Source: Rebecca billardiae RCC1528 (taxonomy: Eukaryota; Protista; Haptophyta). Taken from it: a DNA stretch of 64,000 nucleotides. The notes beneath the pieces were generated by a model. The model was not told the DNA's origin, searched no databases, and was given only the letters and a program-made list of their open reading frames with translations. A program made the translations under genes and the position numbers. This document shows positions 13,084 through 24,079 of this stretch, piece by piece; within the stretch, counting starts at the first letter, position 1, and every line of letters begins with the position of its first letter. The stretch spans positions 992,001 through 1,056,000 of the forward strand of contig OZ251249.1 in assembly GCA_965240325.2 (NCBI GenBank), written 5' to 3'.

Positions 13084-16000
13084 GCGCCGCCCCTCCGCCG
13101 CCGCGCGCGACGCCGCCGCCGCGTGCGCCGCCACCGCGCCGCGCCACCCCTTGCGCGCGCGCGCCGCGCGCGCACTGCGCGCCGCGCGCGCCGCCACCGC
13201 CGCTTCGAGCGGCGGCGCGGCGGCGGGCAGCAGCAGCAGCAGCAGCAGCAGCAGCGGCTGCAGGCAGCACTGCACGGCGCACACCCAGCACAGCGCGCGC
13301 CGCGCCGCCCACGCCGACGCGCCGCCACCGCCGCCGCCCTCCGCGCCGCGCGCGCGCGCCGCGCGCCGCGCCGCTCGCCCAAACGCGCCGGCCGCGCCGC
13401 CCAGCCTGCGGCCGTGCGCGGCGAGCACGGGCGGCGCGGCGAGCAGCGGCGCGCACGCGGCGTGCGCGGAGGCGAGGCGGAGCGCGCGCCACGCGCCCGC
13501 GTCGGCGGCCAGCGCGCGCGGCACCGCGCCCGGCCCCGCCGCCCCCGCCGCGCGCGCTGCGTGCGCCACGCACGCGCGCGTCGCCAGCTGCGCGGCCGCG
13601 CCCGCCCAGCAGAGCTCGGCCGCGGCGGCGGGCCGGCGCGCGGCGCGCAGCGCGGCGCCGAGCGCGGCGGCCTCGAGCGCGAGCGCGGCGCAGACGCGCA
13701 CCGCGCGCGCGGGCGAGCGCGACACCGCGCCGCGCGCCCACGCCGACGCGGCCGCCACCAGACCCGCCGGCGGCCGCGCCGCGCCGCCGCCGCCATCGCC
13801 GCCGCCGCCGCCGCCGCCGCCGTCGGCCGCGGCCGCGCTGAGCGCGCCGTGAGCCAACGGCCAGCCCAGCACGCCGAGGGCGGCGCGCACCTCCGCGCCC
13901 AGGGCGGCGGTCTCGTCGTCGTCCGCGCCGTGGCTCTCCGCGGCGTACGCGCCGTCCTCGCCGCCGCCGCCGCCGCCGCGCAGCAGCAGCAGCGCCCGAG
14001 CCTCCGCGCCGCCGCCGCCCGCCGCCGCATCGGCTGCGTCCGCGCCGTCCGCGTCCGCGTCCGCGCCGCCTTCGCCCTCGCCGTCGCTCAGGTCGGACGC
14101 GGCGGCGGCGGCGGCGGCCTCGGCGCGCGCCACGCCCGGCGGCGGCGTCGCGAGCGCGGCGGCCGCCGCATGGGACGCCAGGCCCGCGGGCTCGGCGGCT
14201 GCGGCGCGGCGGCGCGCGCGGCGCGCGCGCGGCGGGCGCGTGAGCGCGCGGCGCGCGGGCACGCGCGGCGGCGCGGCGGCGCGCGCGCGCGGCGCGCGCG
14301 CGCCGCCGCACCTCCGCCGTTGAACGCGGCGGCGGACGCCGCGACGGCGGCGAGCGCGCCGCCCGCCTGCGCGTTGCCCCCCGCCCTGAGCCTCCCCAGC
14401 CCCGCGCGCGCCCCCAGCGCCGCCCTGCCCAGCGCGAGCACGCCCTCGGCGCTGAGGCAGTTGCGGCTGCGGCGCACGCGCGCACGCGCACACACGCGCG
14501 CACGCACACGCACACACAACAGACACGCACGCACACGCGCACGGCGGGTGGCGGGCGGGGCGCGCGACGGTCGGCGGTGGCGGGGTGCGGTGCGGCGCGC
14601 GTGGGCGCGTGTGCGGCGCTGCGCTGCGCCGCTGCCCCGCGCACGCACACGCACCGCACGTCCAGCGCCCACAGCTGCGCACACGCGCCGCCCGCCACCG
14701 CGGAGGCGAGGACGAGGGCGGTGCGGTCCGCCAGCGCGTTGGCCGAGAGGTCGAGGTACGCCACGGCGGCGTTGGCGCGGAGGAGCAGCGCGAGCAGCGC
14801 GGCGGTCGGCGCCTCCGCCGCCGCGCGCGCATCCGGGTCCTCGCCCGCCGCGCCGCCGCCGCCGCCCCACGCCCCCGCATTCGGGTGCGCCCACGCACAC
14901 CCCGGCCACTCCGGCGCGTGCGGCGGCCATTGCGGCCATTGCGGCGGCGGCGGCCCGTCGGCCAGCCCGAGTCCGGAGAGGTCGAGGTAGCCGGACTCGC
15001 ACAGCGCGCGCGGGTCGTACCTGCGAGGCCGCGGGGGCAGACGCGGCGCGCGCGCGGGTCGGCGCGCGGGGGGCGGCGGGCACAGCGCGGCGCGGCGTGC
15101 GCGCGCTGCGCGCCGTGCGCGGTGCGCCGCGCGCCGCACGCGCACCGTCCGCGCGTGCGCCGTGCGAGCTCCGCCATCGCCCAGCCGGCGTGCAGCGAGG
15201 CGGCCAGCGCCTCGTCCTCGCCCCACCAGCCGGCGCCGCTCCACGCGGCCTCGCTGCCGCCGCTGTCGCCACGGGCGCCGTCGGCGCGCTGCCCCTCCGC
15301 CGCCTCCCGCCGCGCCGCCGCCGCGCGCCGAGCCGCGCCGCCGCCGCCCTCCGCGCCGCGCGCGCCGCCGCGCCGCGCGTCCGCGCCCGCGCCCGCCTCG
15401 CCGAGCGCGGCGCACGCGCGCGGCGAGAAGGAGATGGCGGAGGCGCTGTCCGAGGGGCCCGAGAGGGCATCGACGTCCTCCTCCGAGCCCGAGCGCTCCG
15501 AGCGCAACCCGACGCCGCCGCCGCCGCCGGAGCGAGGATTGGCGGGCGCGCCGCCCCCGAGGAGTGTGCGCAGCGATTGCGACCAGCGCGCCGCCGCCGC
15601 ACCGCTGCGCCCGCCGCTGCCGCCGAGGCGCGACGCGCGGCGGCCGAGCACGCGCGGCGGCGTTCGCGTGTCCGCGGCGGCGGCGGCGGCGGCCGCCGCG
15701 AGCGGCAGCGGAGGCGGGCGCGGCGGCGGCGGCGGGGGCGGCGGGGGCGACGTCCCAACAGTCTGCGCGAGCGGGGGCGAGGCCATGCGCCCGCCGAACG
15801 CGCCGCCGTACCCGCCGCCGTCCGCGCACTCGCCCGGCTGCGGCTGCGGCTCCCACTGCTGCGGCTGCCACTGCTGCTGCTGCTGCCACTGCTGCTGCGG
15901 TTGCGGCGGCTGCGCTGTGTGCTGCTGCGGCTGCAGCGGCGGCTGCGGCGGCTGCGCCAGCTCGAGCCCGGCGGGCGTGCGCAGGACGAGGGAGCCGCGC

Positions 16001-16473
16001 GCGGCGCCGGGCGGCGCGGGCTCGAAGCGGTAGCCGGGCGGCAGGAACGCGCCAAACTGCATGGCCAGGTCCGGCTCGTCCGCGAGCAGCGCGCCCACCG
16101 AGCGCGCCACCTCGGCCGTCGCGCGCGCCGGCTGCTGCGCCGCGCGGCTCGCCTCAAACTCTGCGATGAGGCGGAGGAAGGCGGCGAAGGTGTCGGGCGC
16201 GTGCGCGTAGCGGGACTGGACGGACTGCACGAACGCGAGCGCCAGGCTCTCGCGCGCCGCCTCCGCCTCCGTCAGCGGCGCGCGCGGCGGCGCGGCGGCG
16301 CCGTGCGCCGCCGAGCCGGCCGCCGCGCCGAGCGCGCGCGCCGCGCCCGCGCCGGGCAGCGGCGTGCGCGCGGGCGCGGCGCGTAAGCCGCCCTGCGGCG
16401 GCAAGGCGTCAGCACCGTCGGTGGACGAGTACGCGGGCGCGCCGCGCCCGCACTCCCACGCGCCCGCGCTCAT
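11560..16473 (-). CDS. PAH-domain + LRR + divergent TRP-channel-like membrane protein (about 4 exons)
   Basis: PAH helix pattern ALAFVQSVQSRYAHAPDTFAAFLRLIAEF...VARSVGALLADEPDLAMQFGAFLPPGY. RNI-like LRRs YLDLSGLGL, VAYLDLSANALAD, LWALDVR/RNCLSAEGVLAL. Hydrophobic segments follow, ending in ELARARARLTHSACELEVAPPPFNLL (TRP-box-like). Confidence 0.65.
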
Positions 16474-16686
16474 CGCGGTGCGCTCAGGCGCGCATCGTCT
16501 CGCCGGCCCAAATTTGGGCCGCCATGGCTGTTTTTTGGGGCGGCGCGGACTGTTGCTGGATGCGCCGTTAAAAGCTTTCCCGAGTTCGAAAGGGCCGAAA
16601 CCGTCGTCCGCGCCCGGAGTGTTCTAAAAGCCGGACTGGCCGACTGGCCACCGGCCGGGGCCGGCCCGGCCCGGCCTTGCGCTTCC

Positions 16687-18612
16687 TCAGTCGACGGCCG
16701 CGCCGCCCGAGCCGCCGCCCCCCACTGCGACAGCGGCGTGCGGCGCGAGGCACGCCGCAGCACGCTCGCCCTCCGCGATCGCAGCCTCGCCCCCGCCCGC
16801 CGTCGCCACCGCGCCGTCCGCCGCCGCCTGCGAGTGTGCGCGGGCATCGGACGGCGCCGCGCGGCCGAGCGCCAACGGCGGCGGCGCGGACGCCCGCCGC
16901 GCCTTCTCGGCGGGCTTGGCGAGCGGGAGGGATGGCGGCGTGCACTCCAACTCACCGTCCGACGCCGACGGCCTCGACGACTCGTCGCCGCCCTCAGCAG
17001 CGCCGCTGGCCGCAGGCGCGCCCGCGCCCTCGCCCGCCGGCGCTGCCGCGGTCGCAGCCGCGCCGCCGCAAGCCTCCGCGCCGGCAGGCTCGGGGCGCGC
17101 CTCGGGCGCGCCCACGTCGCCAAGCAGCGCGTCTAGCGTGCACGCAGGCTGCGCCTCGGGCATGCCCGCATCCCTCGCCGCCTCCGCGCCCGCGCGCAAC
17201 GCCGGCGCCGGCGCTTGCGCGGCTGCCGGCGCGCCCTCCGCTGCTGCGCCCTCCGCTGCTGCGCCCTCCGCTGCTGCGCCCTCCGCTGCTGCGCCCTCCG
17301 CTGCTGCGCCCTCCGCTTGGACGGCCTGGAGCGCGGCGGCGAAGAGCGGCGTGTCGTCGAGCGCGGGCCGGCCCGTGCGCAGCAAGCCCTCGCCGTCGAG
17401 CCCCCCGTCGAGCGCGCGCCATCGGCCGCCCGCCCACGCCGCCTCGGCCTCCCCCGCGCCCGGCGACTGCGCCGTGTCGGGTGCGGGCGCGCACGCACCG
17501 CCGGCTGCGGACGCGCCCGCGTGCGGCGCGGCGGCGCGCGCGAGGGCGGTGGCGAAGAGCGGCGGGTGGTCGAGCTCGTCCGCGTCGTCGTCGTCGAGGG
17601 GCTCGTCTGCCGTGCGCGCAGGCGGGCCGTGCGCGCCCGCCGCCTCCGCCACGGCCGCCGTCAGCGCGGCGGCCGCCTCCGCGCCTTGGGCGTGCTCTGG
17701 CTCTGCCCCGGCTGCGCACATCGGCGCCGCGCACCTCGGTGCCGCGGCGGAGGCGGTGTGCAGCAGCGCGGAGGCGGTCGGCAGCGCGGTGGGGAAGAGC
17801 GGCAGCTCGTCCAGCGAGGACGCGCCCGAGATACGCGCGAGCTCGTCGCACCGCCCCACCTCGGCGGCGCCCGCCTCCTCCGCGCCCTCCGCGCCGCGCG
17901 TCGCCTCGGCGTGCGCGGCCGGGTGGCCCACGCCCGCGTCACACCGCCAGCTCACGCGCAGCGGCGCGCGCCGCGCGGAGCGGGCGGAGGCTGCGCCGAG
18001 GGCGCCGGGGCGCGGCGAGCCGGCGGCGTGCTCGGCGCTGGCGGTGCTAGAGCGCTTGCTCTCGGCCGCGGCGCCTGGCGTGCCGCCGGGCGGCGGCTGC
18101 GGCGGCTGCGACGACAGCGGCGCGCCCCCGGCCACTGCGCCGCGCTCGGCCGCGCGCTCGGCCGCGCCGTCCGTGCCCGCGGTGTCGGAGGTGCTGGCGG
18201 CGTCGGTGTCGGCGTCCGAGCCGGGGCCGCCCTGGGGCAGCGCTGCCGCCGCCTGCGCGTGCGCCCCGTGCCAGCCGGGCACTGCCCCCAGCAGGTGCGG
18301 CGGCAGCCCGAGCGCAGCGCCCGTGCTGGTGAGCAGCGCAGACGGCCCCTCTGACGACAAGTCTGATTCCCCGTCAGATTCGCGCGCATCGGATTCGTCG
18401 CGGCGCTGGTCAGCCTCGGCGGACCGGTGCCGCTGGGCGTCGCGCGCGGCGGGCGGCCAGCCGCACAGGCCGCCGTCGGCGGGCGCGGGCCGCGCCTCTT
18501 CCGCGGCCTGCGGCGGCGCCGGCTGCGCAGCGCCGCCACTCCGCGGCTGCGCCGGCGCGCCAGGCCCGGGGCCGCGCCGCGGCGCGAGCGCGAGCGGCGG
18601 CTCCGGCCCGCA

Positions 18613-18653
<41 letters not shown>

Positions 18654-20992
18654 TGCTGCTCGCCTCGTGCGCCGCGAGCGCGGCTGCGCTCAGCACGCCG
18701 CCACGCGCGTGCGCGCACCCGCCCGCGCGGCTGGAGCAGCCCGCGGCGCGCCCGCCGCCGCCGCTGCTGCTGCCGCCGTCCGAGCCGCCCCCCGCCGCCT
18801 CCACCTCCGCCTCCGGCTGATCGGCCTCGCTGTCGTCGTCCTCGCCGTCCGAGCTCGACCGCCCCACCGCCTCCGCCGCGGCGATCGCGCGCGCCAGCTG
18901 CGCGCGCTCGTACTCGAGGAGCGAGGCGCGCACCGACGTGCCCGAGACGAGCCGCGGCCGCGGCGGCGCGAACCGCGCGGCGCGCCACGGGGTGAGCGGC
19001 GTGCGCGGCGGCGGGGGCGGCGGCGCGTGCCGGCGGCCGACGGCGTCCGTGCGCGGCGCGCGGGGGCGCTCGCGCGCCGCCGCGCCGCCGCCGAGCAGCG
19101 CGCCGCCGCCGCCGTCGCCGTCCGCGTCAGCGCCCGCGGCGTGCGGCGCCGGCGGCGCGCCGAGGCGCGGCGACGCGCGCGCCATGCTCGCGCGCCCCAG
19201 CGTGGCGCGGCCCCGCGCGCGCCGCCCGCCCGCTGCGTGCGCCACGTCGCCGCCGTCGTCGCCGCCGCCGTCGTCCGCGCCGCGCGCGGGCGCGGGCGGC
19301 TCGCCGCCTGCGACGTGCGCGCGGTGGTGGGCGCAGCCGGCCCCGGCCCCGGCGGCGAGGATGCCGCCGGGGCGCAGGGCGCCTGCGCCCACCGTCGCGC
19401 GCATGCCCAGGCCGCGCCGCCTGCTCGCGCCGTGCGCCGAGTGCCACGCCCCGCTCGGCGCCGCCGCGCCCGCCGCCGGCTCTGGCAGCGGCGGCGGAGG
19501 CGGCGGGTGGTGCGCGTCCGCCGCGGCCGCGCCCTCGTCGCCGCGCGCGTGCGGGGCGGCGCCGCGCGCGGGCGAGCCCGGCGCGCAGCGGCGGCGGACG
19601 CGATCCGTGTGCGCGCCGCGCTGCTCCGAGGGGCGCCCGACGCGCCGCGCGGCGGGCGGCGTCTGCCACTCCGAGAGCCGAGCGCCGCGCCGGCCGGCAG
19701 CCGGCAAGTCGGCGAGCGCGCCGGCCGGGCGGCCAGCACCGTCGCCGCCGCCGTGCTGCTCGGAGGAGCGCCCGGCGCGCCGGCCGGCGTGCGGCGTGTG
19801 CCGCTCGGAGAGGCGAACGCCGCGCCGCCCGGCGTGCGGCGTCCTGCGCGCCGAGGCGCGCGGCGTGCGCTCCCCGACCGCCGCCGGGCCGCCGCCGCCG
19901 CCCGCTGCGGCCGCCGCCCTCGCTGCGAGCAGCGCGTGTGCGCGCGCGATCAGCTCGTCCGTCGGAGCGGAGCACGGCGCGGCGGCGGTGGGCGCGCCGC
20001 CTTCGGAGCGCCGGCGCGGCACGGCGGGCGCGGCGGCGACGTCCGGCGCGGCGGCCGCCCGTGCGGGGGTGTCGGCGCCCCTGCTGCCGCACCCGCCGCC
20101 GCCCTCACCGCCGGTACCGCGCGCCGCGCCGGCCGCGCCGGGCGGCGGGCAGCGGCGGCGCATGCGCTCGGTGTGCGCGCGCGTGCGCGGCGGTGCGCCA
20201 GGCGCGTGGCCAGGGCGTGTGCCACTCGGCGGCGGCGTGGGCGCGCGCTGCGCCGCCACGCCAGCGGCCGCCAGCTCGCAGCCATCCGCGCCGCCGTCCC
20301 CGCCCGCACGCCCGTCGGCGGCGGCGGCGGCGCCGGCGCCGCCCGGCGCGGCCGGGTGCCGCGCGCCGTCGGTGGCGGGCGCTGCGGCGGCGGCGGGCAG
20401 CGGCACCGAGTAGCGTGGGGGCGGTGGCGGCGGCGAGCTGCCCGACGGGGGGCGCGCAGGGTGCGCAGCCAGCGGCGGCAGCCGGCGCGACGCGGGCTGC
20501 GGCTGTGCGCCGCCGGCGGGCGGCGGTGGCGGCGCGGCCTCTGCCTCCACCTCCGCCTCCACCTCCGCCTCCGCCTCCGCCTCCGCCTCCGCCTCCGCCT
20601 CCGCCTCCGCCTGTGCCTGTGCCTGTGCGCGCTGCGGCTGCTCACCTGCTGGCTCGGCGTGTGCCTCGGCCGCCGGCTCGGCGGTGCTCGCGCGGACGGA
20701 GAGGCGGGCGGTGGCACCGAGCCGGCCGAGCAGGCTCGCGCGCGCCGCCAGCCCCTTCGCGCCGAGGCCGAGCCGGTTGAGGCCGGGCGGAGAGCCGCTC
20801 GCCCCAGCGCCCGCGGCGGCGGCGCTCCAGCCGGTGCGCCGGTCGGGCAGCGGCGGCGTTGGCTGCCGCCACGGCGCCGCCGCCGAGCGCGCGGCGGCGC
20901 GGCCGGGGCTCGCGGACGCGGCGGGCGCGTCCGCGTCGGCCGCGGGCGCGTCGCCCTCCGCCGCGCGCCGCCGCGCCGCCTCGGCGGCGACC

Positions 20993-21023
<31 letters not shown>

Positions 21024-23486
21024 CCAGCGCCGCGCGCTCGCACGAGGCTTGGCGCGAGCCGTGTGCTGAGACGGCGCACGCGCTCATGCACACGCCCTCG
21101 TCGCAGGCGCGCACGCACACGGCCTCGTCGGCCTCGGCGCACGCGGGCGGCGCGGGCCGCGCGGATGCGCTCGCCGCGCCGCCGCCGTGCGCGTGCGCGG
21201 CGCTCGCGCGCGGCGGCACGGGCGGCGCGCCGCGCGACCAGCGCGCCGCCGCCTCCGCCGCCGTCTGCGCGTCGCCGGTGGCGGCGAGCGCGCCGCCGCC
21301 GCCGCCGCCGCCGCATTTGAGCGCGCGCCGCTCGGCGTCGGCGGCGGCCTGCGGCCGCGCGCCGCCGTACTCGGCGGGGTGCACGCACGCCGCAGCGGGC
21401 GATGGCGGCGCCCCCTCCCCCCCCTCCGCCCCCTCCGCCTCCTCCGCCCCCCAGCCGCCCAGCTCCGCGCCCTGCAGTTGCTCCAGCAGCCCGTCCAGCG
21501 CGGCCAGCTCCGCGTGCAGCGCCTCCTCCTCGGCGCTCAGCGCGGCGGGGCGGACGGGGAGCCAGCGCACCGGCTCCTCGGAGCCGCCGTGCGCGAACGC
21601 CGGGCCGCACGCCGCCAGCTCCGCGTCCGCCGCCTCCGCCGCGTCGAGCTGCCCCGACGCCAGCGCCGCCTCCGCCAGCACGTACCCAGGGGGGTGCGCG
21701 CTGCGCGTAAGTAGCAGCCAGTACAGAGGGTGCGCGTCCGCGTCCGCGGACGAGACGGCGGCGACGCGGTCCATCATGCCCGGCGGGTGCGCGCGCAGCC
21801 ACAGCGCCTTGTCCCGGTTGTAGTTCCACAGGAACACGGGCAGCCATTGCCCGAACCAGAGCAGCAGAGACAGCGACTTGATCCCGACAGCGAGCGCGCC
21901 CACGCGCGTGAAGCCGAGGCCGAGCGCGCCCAGCGAGACGGCGCCCGCGAGCTGCGCCATGCCGAGCGCGAGCCAGACGCAGTTGGTCGCGACGATGAGG
22001 AGCAGCGTGAGCCGGCCGCTCAGCTTCACCATCCGCCGCGTGCGCGCGCCCTCCTCGCTCGAGTCGTAGTGCACGCACTGACACACCGCCAGCGTGCGCA
22101 CGCCGCGCTCGTACGGCATCACCAGCAGCGCGAGCAGCACGTACCGGAGGGCAAAGGGCATGGCGCGGAAGGCGGGCGTCTGGCCGATGGTGGTGAGGAA
22201 GAAGGCCCAGCAGAACGAGCACACCAGGATCACCGCGCGCTCCGAGCGCGTGAACGGGTGCAGCGGGTGCGCTGTGGCGCACGAGAGCAGGGGGTGCCGG
22301 TTGAGGCAGTACGCCAAGTAGTTGGAGCGCAGCGTGCCGCACGTGCCGTTGTAGCCGTACGAGCGGTGCTCGAGCAGCAGAATCATCGTGTCGCGGTCGC
22401 GCTGCCGCTGCACCGCGTCCAGGCCCTCGAGCCGCTCGTGGATGCGCGCCTGCGGCGGCGGCGGGGAGCGCGCGCGCGCGGACGCGGCGGGCCGTGAGCC
22501 GAGCGGTTCGCGCGCGCGCAGGGCTGCGAGTGGGGGTGTGCGCGGGGGGCACGCGCGCGCACCGCCTGGTTGGCGAACATGCGCGAGAAGAGCAGCTCGC
22601 CCTCCAGCATGCCCTCCTCCGCCTCCTCCTCCTCGAGCTCGTCGTCCTCCGAGTGCGCGCGGCGCGCGCGGCGCCGCTTGCGCGAGGACGTGGCGCGGCT
22701 GCTCACGGAGCCGCGCCGCCGGTGCGCAAACGAGCCCGAGCCGCGCCTGTGCGCAAAGGTGGAGGCGCCCCTCAGTCCGGGCAGGCGCGTCAGCGGCTCG
22801 GAGTCCAACGGCGCGCTCGCGCGCCGCGCGCCGCTGCGCCGCGCGCTCGCGCCCGCGGCGCCGCCGCCCTCCGCGCGCGGCGCGCTCGCGCCCGGCGTGG
22901 GCGGCACGTGCATGCTCAGGCTCAGCGCTGAGAAGCGCGAGCGCGAGGCGCGCGCGTCGGCTCGGCGCGACGGCTCGGGCGAGTCACCGGACCGCCCGCT
23001 CGCGCTGCTCTGCCGACCGCCGCTCGCGCCGTCCGCGCCGCCGCCCTCCGCGCGCGGCGCGCTCGCGCCCGGCGTGGGCGGCAGGTGCATGCTGCGAGTC
23101 AGCGACGCGAAGCGGTGCGCGCGCGAGGAGCGCGCGTGCGCTCGAGGGGGCAGCTCGGGCTCGTCGCCGGGCCGCTCGGGGCCTGGCTCGCGCGCCGCGT
23201 GCGGCAGCAGCTCGACCCCGACGTCCGCAGGCCGAAGCGCGCCCGCCTCCGCACACGCCGTCGCCGGCTCGCTCGAGCGGCGAGCGGCGCGCGCCGTGGG
23301 GGCGGGCTGCGCGGGGGGCGGCACCGACGGGCGACGATGCATCCACCCCGCCGGGGCCGCGGGAGCTGGCGGGGCCAGGCAGTGCGGGTGCGGCTGGGCG
23401 GCAGCCGCGGACGGCGGCATGTGCCGCCGTCGCCGGCCGCCGCCGGGCGTGAGAGGGCCGGGTGCGCCGTGCTCGGGCGCAGACAT
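16687..23486 (-). CDS. Large protein with an N-terminal multi-pass membrane segment and a long disordered Ala/Pro/Gly-rich tail; intron 22562-22450
   Basis: Spliced reading FANQA|ARIHERLEGLDAVQRQR. The segment NRHPLLSCATAHPLHPFTRSERAVILVCSFCWAFFL plus ~3-4 further hydrophobic helices resembles the polycystin-1-type HxxLSxxxxxxxxxFTRxxR membrane motif. Exon 1 contains a duplicated MH(L/V)PPTPGASAPRAEGGGA, and (AAAEG)5 lies at ~17231-17317. Confidence 0.6.
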
Positions 23487-24079
23487 GGCGGCGTGCTGGG
23501 CACGCGAGTGTTGGGCGGGATGCCACTCCAGGCGGTCCCAGTGGGTGCCTCCGTGGCGCGGCCGCAGCCCACACGCGGCGGGGTGCTGCCCTTGTCTGGA
23601 GCACGCGTCCCACCACTTGTTGGTGGCTTCGATGCCGATCTGCGACCTTCTCTACCCGGCACGGCACTGCAATACAATTGGCGAATCTTTGCCGCATAGC
23701 GGTGTAGTCTGGCCAGGATTAATAATCATGAGAGATCTGCATGCGATCTTCACATGGAAGTGTGTGTGGAATCATCATCGCAGGATTGACGAACGTACCC
23801 GCTGGTTCATTTTCCTCGAACACGGTGATACCGCGCAAAACTCTGAAGTCAGTAACGGTACCTGTGTCGTTAATTCATAGAATGGGTACAAGTACAGCAC
23901 GGCCGGTACCGTATCGCATCGATTCGGAGACGATTGCCGCGGCACTGAGAATGATGGGGTTCGATCTTTCGCCAGCCGCACAGCCCCAACACGAACGCCC
24001 GAAATGGCAGACTCACTCCTGCCGGCGGCACTGTCATCCCATGCCGCCTGCGCGGTGCCATGGCACCACCCACACAGCC

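Noticed and set aside
7294-21069. Very long Arg/Ala/Pro-rich ORFs (e.g. 9908..13033+, 11566..16386+, 18427..21069+)
   Set aside because: They are antisense or off-frame shadows of real genes, caused by stop-codon scarcity at very high GC, and have no domain motifs.
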